DNA of 63,774 nt, the filler included, from Octopus bimaculoides (taxonomy: Eukaryota): assembly GCF_001194135.2 (NCBI RefSeq). It is 5 parts of 5 records of this genome, joined end to end, with 100 filler letters (N's around TTAATTAATTAA, not from the genome) between each part and the next. Parts side by side here need not be neighbours in the genome. Positions count along the whole stretch, not along the records: positions 41,388 to 63,774 come from NC_068989.1; 4 more parts are not named here. One strand, written 5' to 3'. Below the pieces are notes generated by a model, which made no database searches, was not told the DNA's origin, and saw nothing but the letters and a program-made list of their open reading frames with translations. Positions 53,229 through 63,774 of the stretch are shown piece after piece (position 1 is the stretch's first letter; each line of letters starts with the position of its first letter). The position numbers were made by a program, and so were the translations under genes.

Positions 53229-53750
53229 TTTTGGCTGAATCGATAAATCACAGGTGTTTAGTTTTGTCTCTTTAGATGTTCAGATCTGACCGAAGCTAAC
53301 TTTTCCTTTCATGGTTTTTAGTTGATGATAAAAGTGAAATAAAAGTCATGATTTAACGTCCATTAACTCCATGCTTTTCTCTTCCTCTCTTCTGTCCTCT
53401 CACCAATTCTATACTTCCGCTTCAGCATCTGGAATCGTTATTTTCATCACGTTCATCGTTATAGTCATCGTCGTCGTCACACCATTGTCATCGTCGACTT
53501 GGTCGTCATGGACATCATCATCATCATCGTCCTGCTCTTAGTTGTACCGTTGTAATCCTCCTCCTCCTCCTCCTCCTCCTCATCATCATCATCATCACTG
53601 TCATCTCGCCCATCATCTTCATCCTCCGCCTTTTCGTCATCATCATTATCATTATCTTTGTTTTATTGTTATGGCCTGCTGCCAAAGTAAGAAATGCTGC
53701 TTATCCTCCTTCTTTTCCACCCACACCAACTCATCTTTTTCCTCCTCCAG

Positions 53751-53783
<33 letters not shown>

Positions 53784-54314
53784 TTCATTATTGTTGTCGT
53801 CGTCGTCGTCGTCGTTATCATAGTGCATTTCCCTTGGCTTCGAGCCAGAATATATAAAATCATTATCTGTTTCACGTGATTTCATGTTTTTGTTTCCTCT
53901 GCTGTTAAGTGTGCCACTGTCACCCCTCGACTATAAGTGTGCCACTTGTCATTCCTTTGTTGTTGGTGGTGGTGGTGGTGGCGGTCGTGCTGGTTTCAGA
54001 TGGTAATAGTGAAACGGCAGCAGCGGCGGCAGCATTAGTGGTGGTAACTTTGGTGATTGTCGTCGTCGTGTTATGGTGGTGATAGTTATTATGGTTGACA
54101 GGTAGTTCGTAGTAGAGCTAATAGTAAATATGGTAATGATTGAAGCAGTGGTGGTGGCGGTCCTAGCGATGGTGGTGCTGGTTGTGGCTGGTATTCGTGG
54201 TTGTTGTTGTTGGTGGTGTTGGTGGTCATCGTTGTAGTATTGATGCCAATAATGGAGGTGGTAGTCTCGTCGGTAACGGTGATGTATAATTTGTAGTAGA
54301 ACATTATGTGATAT

Positions 54315-54620
54315 GTATATTGTATTACAACATGTTATCTGAATTGCATTACAACATCACATAGCATGGTATTATTTGTATTACAGTTCGATGTGATATC
54401 TAAATTGTTTTGCAAGATTGTTATATAAGTCGTATTACAACATTATTTGTTATGTAAGTTGCATTACAAAGTTAAGTGTTATGTCAGTTGTAATGCATTA
54501 TGCGTTAGGTATTTTGTATTAACACATAACGTGTTATGTATTTTGTATTACAAAATTATATTATGTTTTGCATCCTAACGTGTTACGCAAATTGCATCAC
54601 AACACAATGTTATATAAGAT
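54315..54620. repeat. Degenerate AT-rich minisatellite, ~24-32-bp unit
   Basis: About 11 recurrences of TTG(T/C)ATTACAA(C)...TGTTATGT. Confidence 0.55.
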
Positions 54621-54795
54621 ACGTATATATATAATAATATAGCCTGAACAGGATTATATTATTAGCATTATCCTGCGATTGAGAATTTAAAAATTACTTC
54701 TTTAACTTTCTAAGACATCTCAACACTTCTAAAAGCAAACATGGTTTGTTTGTTTATGTTTGTCGTAATTTGAATTTAGTATATGTATAAGTTAT

Positions 54796-55280
54796 ATAGG
54801 CGCAGGAGTGGCTGTGTGGTAAGCAGCTTGTTTACCAACCACATGGTTCCGGGTTCAGTCCCACTGCGTGGCACCTTGGGCAAGTGTCTTCTACTATAGC
54901 CTCGGGCCGACCAAAGCCTTGTGAGTGGATTTGGTAGACGGAAACTGAAAGAAGCCCGTCGTATATATATGTATATATATNNNNNNNNNNTGTGAGTGGA
55001 TTTGGTAGACGGAAACTGAAAGAAGCCCGTCGTATATATATGTATATATATATGTATGTGTGTGTATATGTTTGTGTGTCTGTGTTTGTCCTCCCCAACA
55101 TCGCTTGACAACCGATGCTGGTGTGTTTACGTTCCCGTAACTTAGCGGTTCGGCTAAAGAGATAGATAGAATAAGTACTAGGCTTCCAAAGAATAAGTCC
55201 TAGGGTCGATTAGCTCGACTAAAGGCGGTGCTCCAGCATGGCCACAGTCAAATGACTGAAACAAGTAAAAGAGTAAAAGA
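54796..55280 (+). mobile_element. SINE family A (young, full length)
   Basis: A-box TGGCTGTGTGG at 54809-54819, B-box GGTTCAGTCCC at 54852-54862, core ccttgggcaagtgtctt, CpGs retained. The ~60-bp duplication across the 10-N gap is probably an assembly overlap. Confidence 0.9.
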
Positions 55281-56004
55281 ATAAGATATATAAGTTATCA
55301 ATATCTATAAAACACAAGATGTTTGTGTGTGTACGTGATGTGGGTTATGCACGTCCACAAATTAGCACGCATGTCGCTCCAATTTTAGGAGGACATTGTT
55401 CATGACCCTATCTGTGTTTCTGTCAACTTTTTCTCACAGAGGCACCGCGTATAGCTGTAAAAATCGATAAACTTTTACCAATTTTGAAGTTTGTTGACAT
55501 GGCCAAGTCAAATCTGTGCGTACGCGCGTGAAGGAGAGAGAGAGCAAGAGAGAGAGAGAAAGAAAGAAAGAGAGGAGAAAGAAAGAAAGAGAGAGAGAAA
55601 GAAAGACAGAGAGAGAGAAAGAAAAAAGAGAGAGAGAAAGAAAAAAGAGAGAAAGAAAGAAATAGTGNNNNNNNNNNNNNNNNNNNNNNNNNNNNNNNNN
55701 NNNNNNNNNNNNNNNNNNNNNNNNNNNNNNNNNNNNNNNNNNNNNNNNNNNNNNNNNNNNNNNNNNNNNNNNNNNNNNNNNNNNNNNNNNNNNNNNNNNN
55801 NNNNNNNNNNNNNNNNNNNNNNNNNNNNNNNNNNNNNNNNNNNNNNNNNNNNNNNNNNNNNNNNNNNNNNNNNNNNNNNNNNNNNNNNNNNNNNNNNNNN
55901 NNNNNNNNNNNNNNNNNNNNNNNNNNNNNNNNNNNNNNNNNNNNNNNNNNNNNNNNNNNNNNNNNNNNNNNNNNNNNNNNNNNNNNNNNNNNNNNNNNNN
56001 NNNN

Positions 56005-56532
56005 GAAACAAAAACGTATGTAACAATTTGTCAGTCACCCCACCCCCAACCCGTTTTTCGGACCACAAAAAGGGTTTGGTAATTTTTCAGATTAAGACCC
56101 GCACGATTTCCAACTAGGGTGTTACGGTTAGGATTAGGATTAGGGTTAGGGTTACGGTTTTAGGGTCAGTTAGGGTTAGGGTTGGAGTTAACATAGAAGG
56201 GACAGGCTCCTTATTTTTTGGTTAAGGTTGTTGGTAAGCTTTCCTAAGTTACTCCAATCCAGATCCCCAATGCAAACCTTCAGATCAACCTTCTCCTATG
56301 CAGATCTCTAATGCAACATTTAAAAAAAGAGTCAATAAGTGAAAATAACCAATAAACTGATTCCTTATGGGATTTCCCAATCAAATTGCCAGCAAACCAT
56401 TTTCAGCCAAACCAATTTCAACGGATTTCGCTCAAATCTGATGTCGATGTTACTTATTTTGGTTTGAAATAAAGGACTTAATCATTTAATAATCCTAGCT
56501 TAATCCCGAGCAGCGCCGGGTTATACTGCTAG
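56005..56532 (+). mobile_element. Non-autonomous Helitron-like element, 3' end, carrying telomere-like repeats
   Basis: GC hairpin CCCGagcagcgcCGGG at 56505-56520, eight nt upstream of CTAG (56529-56532) followed by T: the canonical Helitron 3' signature. The 5' end is probably in the gap. Confidence 0.65.
56115..56183 (+). repeat. Degenerate telomeric repeat
   Basis: tagggtgttacggttaggattaggattagggttagggttacggttttagggtcagttagggttagggtt. Confidence 0.8.
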
Positions 56533-57105
56533 TATGAGATATATCACTACATCTTATATAATATGCATTATGTAACATCTATTATGTAAAATTTGTTATG
56601 TAATAAATATTGCCACGTGTTGTATAAGCTGTATAGCAATATAGTGTGCTGTGTTTACTGTGTTTTATGTTGTGTCTGTTTGTGTTAAGTTTCTATTACG
56701 TTATATAAAATGTTTATATTACACCGTGTTATATTAATCTGTTCACTTACGTTTTGTTATGTAAAGTGTGTCACTATATTTTTGTTAAGCGTTCGTATTT
56801 CCTGTTGTGTGTGTGTGTGTGTGAGCGCGTGCGTGTGTCTTTGACACCTGGTGTTGGTTTGTTTACGTCCTTGAAATCGATTCGTTCGTCTAAAATTCAT
56901 CAGTACGACCGTAGATCAATGACTGAAACAAGTTAAAGACAAACGATATAAAGTAATTGCAACAAAATATTGAATCAGGATCGTAATTTTAATACACTGG
57001 AAGCTTTAATTAATCCTCTGCAATTCAATTCTACCTGTATTACATTCTTTCAGGATTTAGCTTTTGGCTATCATTGACTTAAGCACTTCAGTATTAAATG
57101 AAACA

Positions 57106-57375
57106 AGGCGGTGAGTTGACAGAATTATTAATACACCGGGCAAAATGCTTAGAGGCAATTGATCCGTCTTTACGTTCTGGGTTCAAATTCTGCAGGGGTC
57201 GACTTTGCCTTTTATCCTTCCAGGGTTGATGAAATAAGTACCAGTTGAACACTAGGATCGATGTCATCGACTTACCCCTTCCCCAAACTGGCTGGTCTTG
57301 TACCAAAATTCGATGTAATCGATTTAATTCCTCCACCGAAATTGCTGGCCTTGTGCCAAAATTTGAAACCAATAC
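57106..57375 (+). mobile_element. SINE family C
   Basis: ggcggtgagttgacagaatt..gggttcaaattct..gtcgactttgccttttatccttc..aataagtaccag..aattgctggccttgtgccaaaatttgaaacc. Confidence 0.8.
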
Positions 57376-57602
57376 TAATTGTAACACTACCCTCTGTGAG
57401 TTGACTCCCTTTATGTTTTGTGCCCTCATTAATATTCACTCAAGTCGACAACCCCGTATTATTTGTGACCTCACTATCGTTGTTGATTTAAGCCAATCAC
57501 AGGCAAACTGCTTCCTGCGGTACTTTCTAAATGACACGCTAAAAGAAATATTGACTTCAAATTTTGGCTCAAAGCCAGCAATTTCGGGGAAGGGAAGAAT
57601 TC

Positions 57603-58269
57603 GGATTTATTTTAAAACGGGGGCGCCAGTATTTTCTTAACGAAACACTAACGAAACACTTTGAAACTTAGGACACTGGTAGAATGTGTCATATAAAACA
57701 TCTTTTACTCTTAGTCTTCTTAACAAAAAAAAGGAATTCGCAAGTTATTCCATGTTAAAGTTATCGTATTTCTGTAATTTCAACCAATCACTGACGTCTA
57801 TTCAGCTCAATAGAGTTACTGCTGGGCGGTCATAAAAATGTTATTCCCTGTGACATATTTCATCTGTTTTAATCGTAATTTATACGCATATATTGTTTAT
57901 ATAATAAATTACGCTGTGCGTATCTATGTGTGTAACAATTTTAGAGTTCGGATTCTAGAGTTAGGGTTAGTTTTAGGGTTAGGGTTAGGGTTAGGGTTAC
58001 GGTTAACAGTCTAGTTAGGGTTAGGGTTAGGGGATTAATACGATATACACCGTTACAGCGCTAACTGTTTTCAACTGAATAGACGTCAGTGATTAGTAGA
58101 AATTATCGAAATAAGACAATTTTTTACATGAAATAAATTCGAATACAAAAATATTTTTCTGTTCTATAACACAAAATAGATAAGTATACGAAGTTTGAAA
58201 GTCTTTCCGTACCAAAAACACTACATAAAACATAAATGAAAACTGGCGCCCCCGTTTTAAAATAGATCC
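57603..58269. mobile_element. 667-bp MITE with 28-bp TIRs and 8-bp TSD, containing (TTAGGG)n
   Basis: TIRs GGATTTATTTTAAAACGGGGGCGCCAGT / GGATCTATTTTAAAACGGGGGCGCCAGT (27/28 identical). TSD AAGAATTC at 57595-57602 and 58270-58277. An internal inverted pair (aatcactgacgtctattcag) lies at ~57787 and ~58075. Confidence 0.92.
57961..58032 (+). repeat. Interstitial telomeric repeat
   Basis: TTAGGG arrays including four perfect consecutive units at 57973-57996. Confidence 0.9.
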
Positions 58270-58739
58270 AAGAATTCGATTACATCTACACCAGTACTCA
58301 ACTGGTACTTATTTTATCGACCCCGAGGGAATGAAAGGTAAAGTCGACCTCGGTGGGCATTTGAACTAAGAATGTAAAGACGGACAAAAGAAACATTACC
58401 TTGAATATTTTTAGTAGTGATTATAAGCCATGTCCCATGTGGTCCACTTCTCGAAGAAGATTGCTCATGTCTGACTTAAGCTATCATTGTTTAGTGACTT
58501 ACACTAATTTAGTTTGCCCAGTATTGTCTCTTGTGTCGACTCAGTTTAAACTTGTGTTAATTTCATTTTCACTAGACATGGAAGACATCCATATTTTGTG
58601 CTATGTTGACATAGGATACACTCGTATTAACTGTGTCCTGTTTATATTATTCCCTTTCCTTGTTTGTTAGCTTAAACTTGTGTCGAAAACTTTTAGCTAC
58701 GCATATTAGATACTTTGTATATCTTTGTTATACGTTGAT

Positions 58740-58887
58740 GCAGGCGTGACTATGTGGTAAGAAGCTTGCTTCTCAACCACATAGTTCCTGGATGAGTCCT
58801 ACTGCGTGACTCCTTGGGCAAGTATCTTCTACTAAATAATGCAGGCCGACCAAAGCCGTGAAGACGGGAAGAAGCCTGCTGTATACG

Positions 58888-58923
<36 letters not shown>

Positions 58924-59130
58924 AGTGTGTGTGTGTGTGTGTGTGTATGTGTGTATTTATCTCCCACGATCGCTTGACAACTGCTGTCTGTGTGTTTACA
59001 TCGCCGTAACTTAGCGGTTCGGCAACAGAAATGGATAGAATAAGTATCAGACTTCGAAAAACAGGTGGTGCCTTACTATAGTCGCAGTCTGATGATTGAA
59101 ACAAGTAAAATGAATACAAGAATAAAGAAT
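58740..59130 (+). mobile_element. SINE family A (diverged, full length)
   Basis: Head gcaggcgtgactatgtggtaagaagcttgc, core ccttgggcaagtatctt, 3' end gattgaaacaagtaaaa. Confidence 0.8.
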
Positions 59131-59307
59131 ATCAATCAAAAACTGTGGCCATGCTGGTGTATCGCATTTATGCAAAAATCTATTAAGCAAAAATGGACGT
59201 TAAAACGATGATGATGCCGATGATGTACTTAACTGATAAATATTCTATTGACCCAGAATTACGTCTTACCTTTATTGCTCGTAGATTGCAAAATTTTGAA
59301 ATATGCA

Positions 59308-59460
59308 AAGACGGCAAACTAGCAGAATTGTTAGCACGCTGGGAAAAATTCTTAGCGGTATTTTGTTTGACTTTAAGTTCTGAGTTCAAATTCCCCCGAG
59401 GTCAACGTTATCTTTTTCCCTTACAGGGTCGTTAAAATAAGTACCAGATGAACACAGTGG
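59308..59460 (+). mobile_element. SINE family C
   Basis: gacggcaaactagcagaattgttagcacgc..ttctgagttcaaattcccccgaggtcaac..ggtcgttaaaataagtaccag. Confidence 0.75.
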
Positions 59461-59521
59461 TTGATTATTTTGTTAAGGTCATTTCTACAGATAATCTATA
59501 GAAACAATAGCGTGGTACTGA

Positions 59522-59709
59522 CTTATACTGTTGACTGCGGCTATGCTGGAGCACCGCCTTTAGTCGAGCAAATCGACTCCAAGACTTATTCTTTTGAAAC
59601 CCTAGTACTTATTCTATCGGTCTCTCTTTTGCCGAACCGCTAAGTTACGGGGACGTAAACACACCAGCATCGGTTGTCAAGCAATGCTAGGGGAACAAAC
59701 ACAGACACA

Positions 59710-59788
<79 letters not shown>

Positions 59789-59925
59789 TTATATATATAT
59801 ATACACATATATACGACGGGCTTCTTTCAGTTTCCGTCTACCAAATTCACTCACAAGGCTTTGGTCGGCCCGGAACCATGTGGCTGGTAAGCAAGCTACT
59901 TACCACACAGCCACTCCTTCGCCTA
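59522..59925 (-). mobile_element. SINE family A with ~50-bp internal deletion
   Basis: Near-identical to the 766-1164 copy, except ggtcggcccg joins directly to gaaccatgtgg at 59869-59872. Confidence 0.9.
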
Positions 59926-60128
59926 TAAAACATTTAGTATACTTTGTAGTATATCATTTTTGCATAACGAATTACCATGTACCTACAAACCTTTTACAGG
60001 AATTCATATCATCGACTTATCCCCTCCCCTAAAATTGCTGGCCTTGTGCCAAAATTTGAAACTAGTATTTAATGTGTTTTAATTTTCTCTCTCTCTGTCT
60101 CTCTTTTTTTTTTCTCTCTCATTGACAG

Positions 60129-60543
60129 GATAAAGATTACGACGAACTTCGGAAGGAATGTCTCAGCGACAATGAAACTGAAGTGGAAGATGAGGAAGAA
60201 GAGGAAGATGACAATGATGAAGGCGATCGAGAGGTCAGTGGAAGCCCCATCTTATACGATGGACGAAACGACAAGCTGGTTGACGAGAAACCTTTTGTGA
60301 AACTTGGCAAAACTAGCGGAGATTTGTGGACATCTACTGTCGGTTGTAGGACCAACACAGATAATAATGCACTTTCACGAAACAAACCACACAGCAAACA
60401 GGACGAAGGTGGCCTTGCCGACAGTGGTGTTGGTGAAGACGGTGGTGATGATAGTGGCGGTGGTAGTGGCGGTTATGGTACTGGTGGATTTGACGATGCT
60501 GAGGAATTTAGTGGCGCTAACATACATGATACTACTACCAATA

Positions 60544-60580
<37 letters not shown>

Positions 60581-62273
60581 GACTCCGAATAGTATCACCA
60601 CTACTATCACCAATAGTAACAAGGCGAACATTAGTAAAGGCGTCACTAACGACAGTAATAACAGTAGCAACGGGCACCACCACAACCACCATCACCACCA
60701 TCACCACCATCAGCACACGACTAAGAACTCGGTGCACCAGAATAATAAAAATACTAACTCTAATAACCATATTATGAGCTTTAACAACAAGAATAATCAC
60801 AGTAATAACGACAACGGTTACCACAAACTGTCCGGTGTGGGTGACGACAAGAAAGAGAAGGGGAGGCGACAGTCGTTAGGGTTAGGTTATTCACCTGCTG
60901 TGGCGGAAGATTTAGAGGAGGAGGAGGAGGAGGAGGACGTGGATGCGGAGGCGGAGGGTGGTGGAGAAGGAAGGGGGAAGGAGAAGGAAGAACTGGACGG
61001 GAACGATTCCGCTGCAACGGAAATAGACGAAGGGGAGGCGGAGGACGAGGGTGAAGTGGATGAGGCGGAGGGGGAAGGGGAAGCGGTGGAGGACGACGAC
61101 GACGACGCTGACGGTGTTGATGACGATAATGATGGTGATGATGATGCTGATGATGGTGAGGTCTACAAAGGGGAGAAAAAGAGCTCAAAAGTGGAAAGGC
61201 CAGCGACCGATAAGACGCATTGCTATACTTCTAAGAGAACCACGTCCAGCGACTATAAGGCGCGCCTAACGTCGCAGCGCATGCGTACTTCGAACGGACA
61301 TGGTGACAGCAGTAACAGTAGAAGTTGTAGGCGAAACCGTAAGCGGTCCATCAGGGAGCATCGCCAACAACGCAGTAACGGGCGATATAGGTATTATAGT
61401 AGTGATGATGATGACGATGATGACGATGATGATGATGATGACGATGATGATGATGATGAAGTCGTTGCGAAAAGCTCTTTCGAAGGTGTAAACCGTATTA
61501 GTAGTAATACTATTAGTAGTAATACTATTACCAATAACAATCGCAGTAGTAGTAGTAGTATTTGTAGTAATAATAGTAGTAGTTATAATAGTAAACATAG
61601 TAGTAATATCAGCAGTAGTATTAATAGTAATAATAATAATAGTACTAATAATAGTAGTAGTAGTAATAATAGTAGTTCACATAGAAATAATAGTGACAGT
61701 TCGAAAACACATCACCATCACCACCACCACCACCACCACCACAATAACAGTCACAATCACAACAGCCAACAACATCATCATCATCATCACAACAATCATC
61801 AGAATCACAAACGCACAACATATAACAGTACATGTAGCAATTATATCGATGATAACATCAACACCACCAACAACACTACTACCAGCATCACCAACAGCAG
61901 CAGCAGCAGTAACAACCAGCAGCAACTGCAGCAGCAACACCCTTATAATAATCACAGTAATAGTGGTAACAACAGTAAAGAAAGCATAGACAATGTTTTG
62001 AAAACTAATAATGGTAAGCAACAGCACTTAGAAACTTCTGACCGTTATTCGAATAAATCCAGTTGGAATCGATCGCCGTCTCCGTCAACGGTTATCAAGA
62101 AAGCTAAGTACTGTAGCAGACGACAGGAATACTGCAGCAGACGACAAGTGTGGTATCCACCGACAGGCGGTATCCCACTCGAAGTTCTTGTCACTGATGT
62201 TACGTATAAATGTTTGACAGTAACATTCGTTGAATGTGAAACAGAAAAAGGTTTCTTTAAGAATTCAGAATGA
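60129..62273 (+). CDS. CBX: Terminal coding exon of a Polycomb (Pc)/chromobox-family protein (C-terminal Pc box, long low-complexity region); 5' exons not located
   Basis: A long pyrimidine tract and ttgacAG acceptor end at 60128. The phase-0 frame is open for 714 aa (DKDYDELRKECLSDNETEVEDEEE...) to TGA at 62271-62273. The C-terminus WYPPTGGIPLEVLVTDVTYKCLTVTFVECETEKGFFK matches the Pc-box pattern W.P.....V.VTDVT...LTVT..E..T..GFF of Drosophila Pc and vertebrate CBX2/4/6/7/8. The paralog cannot be assigned. Confidence 0.85.
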
Positions 62274-62390
62274 TTCTAGTTTTGAAACTTAAAAAAAAAA
62301 AAAAAAAAACCTAAAAAAAAACTAAAAAAAAAATCTAAAAAAAAAACTTTAAAAAAATTAAAAAGCACGAAAAAAATACTGATGAAGTAA

Positions 62391-62396
62391 AATAAA
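62391..62396 (+). terminator. Candidate polyadenylation signal in the CBX 3' UTR
   Basis: First AATAAA ~120 nt after the stop. The region is very A-rich and further AATAAA hexamers occur downstream, so the true site is uncertain. Confidence 0.3.
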
Positions 62397-63172
62397 AAGA
62401 AAGAAAACATACAGACACACACAGAGCATACATATATCGTAAGACGGGTGGCACTTTTGATTACGTTCATTTTCTTTTTCTCTTTCTTTAAAATTGTGTA
62501 GCACATGGTTCTGTAATACATAGAACACATGTTTAATTACCTAAGAAAGAAAACTTATTAAAGTTGGGATCAGCTATTAACCCTATGTAAATATTATGCA
62601 GACGGGGATATAGTAGCTCTGTATTATTACAAAATTTTAAATAGATTTGCTGACATTGAATATTTGCAGCCAAATAAGCAAAAAAATGTAAAATGAAATG
62701 AAGAATTTTTATTTTATTTTGTTTTTATTTCATGAAAATAATCAATCCTGCCTCCCATGCAAAGATATGCACATATATTAAACATATAAGCTCATACACG
62801 TACAAATACGTAGATATAATACATATAGAAATTCATGCACCTATAAACGTTCATATGTACACATGTACATACTTACATATACACATATATATACACATAA
62901 ATAACATACGTACACATTCTTACACGACAACAACAATAAAAAAACAGCAGCAACAACATCAAATGCATAAAAACAAATATATATATATATATAATTCTAC
63001 ATTGAAAAATAAAATTCAAAAAAGTCTAATATTTTTGACATAAAAATAACAAGACATTTCAACCGCTAAAATCTGCAATTCTTGTTATTGTTGTTGTTGT
63101 TGACTCTGTTTAAGGGACACAGATGATGGGAGCGTACAGCTTGCTATGGATTCGCTACCGATTCTTTAAAGA

Positions 63173-63223
<51 letters not shown>

Positions 63224-63606
63224 GATGATGATGATGATAAAAATATACTAAAATAATAATAATGAAAATAATGATAATAATAATAATAATAATTGACTGC
63301 ATTGCTCTGAATCATACCTTCGTAAATGGATTACCGGATTACAAAATCAACATGGCGACCAAAAAAGAAATTACTTCAGGAATTCTAAACGCCCGGAGGA
63401 TACAGTACATATTACATGACGTGCAAAAGAAGCTATATGTACACACACACACACACACACACACATACACACACACATATATATATACATAGGGATTTAA
63501 AGGTCAAGGCCTAGCATGGCCATAGTCCAATGGCTGGAGCCAGTAAAAAATAAACAGCATACATGCACGTATACATAGCATACATTCATACGTACATAGA
63601 AGTATG

Positions 63607-63651
<45 letters not shown>

Positions 63652-63774
63652 CACATATTCATTCACACCCTTTCCTATACACATATATATATCTATACAC
63701 TCATACACATACATGTGTATAAAATATATGTCTGCATATATAGACACAGATAAATACACACACACACACACACA

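Larger units (their letters stand above)
57560..58395 (-). mobile_element. SINE family C split by the 57603-58269 MITE
   Basis: Left part ttttggctcaaagccagcaatttc and right part ggtacttattttatcgacccc..aaagtcgacctcgg..gaactaagaatgtaaagacgg. These join into one copy once the MITE and one TSD are removed. Confidence 0.8.

Noticed and set aside
54809-54862. tRNA-like A/B boxes in many repeats
   Set aside because: These are SINE heads continuing into repeat cores; no complete cloverleaf, so no tRNA genes were called.
54920-55051. Tandem ~60-bp duplication inside a SINE A
   Set aside because: The two copies are separated by a 10-N gap and are essentially identical, so this is an unmerged contig overlap.
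60137-62027. Overlapping alternative-frame and antisense ORFs over the CBX exon
   Set aside because: Shadow ORFs of low-complexity codon runs.

Overview
Repeat-dense, gap-ridden animal genomic DNA. The repeat landscape (tRNA-derived SINEs, RTE, R4/Dong and Penelope-like debris, very dense TA/CA/TATG microsatellites) is what I would expect from an octopus genome; that species call is inference. One protein-coding feature is well supported: a 2145-bp terminal exon (60129-62273, +) encoding about 714 aa of His/Asn/Ser/Thr/Asp/Glu low-complexity sequence and ending in a Polycomb/CBX C-terminal Pc box. I could not find its chromodomain exons. The rest is mostly mobile-element remains: at least three SINE families, LINE fragments (RTE, Jockey/CR1-like, L1/Tx1-like, R4/Dong), Tc1 fragments, a Helitron end, a GG-TIR MITE carrying telomeric repeats, Penelope-like pieces with hammerhead-ribozyme-like motifs, and a ~4.4-kb inverted duplication. 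Four artificial N44-TTAATTAATTAA-N44 linkers mark scaffold joins, so only ~41.4-63.8 kb is certainly the same scaffold as the CBX exon. The most interesting leads are a hammerhead core in permuted order, a (TAA)n-targeted R4/Dong cluster with a fixed-length partner element, telomere-repeat-bearing DNA transposons and inverted SINEs upstream of the CBX exon, and the large foldback. All family calls come from reading motifs by eye; no searches were run.
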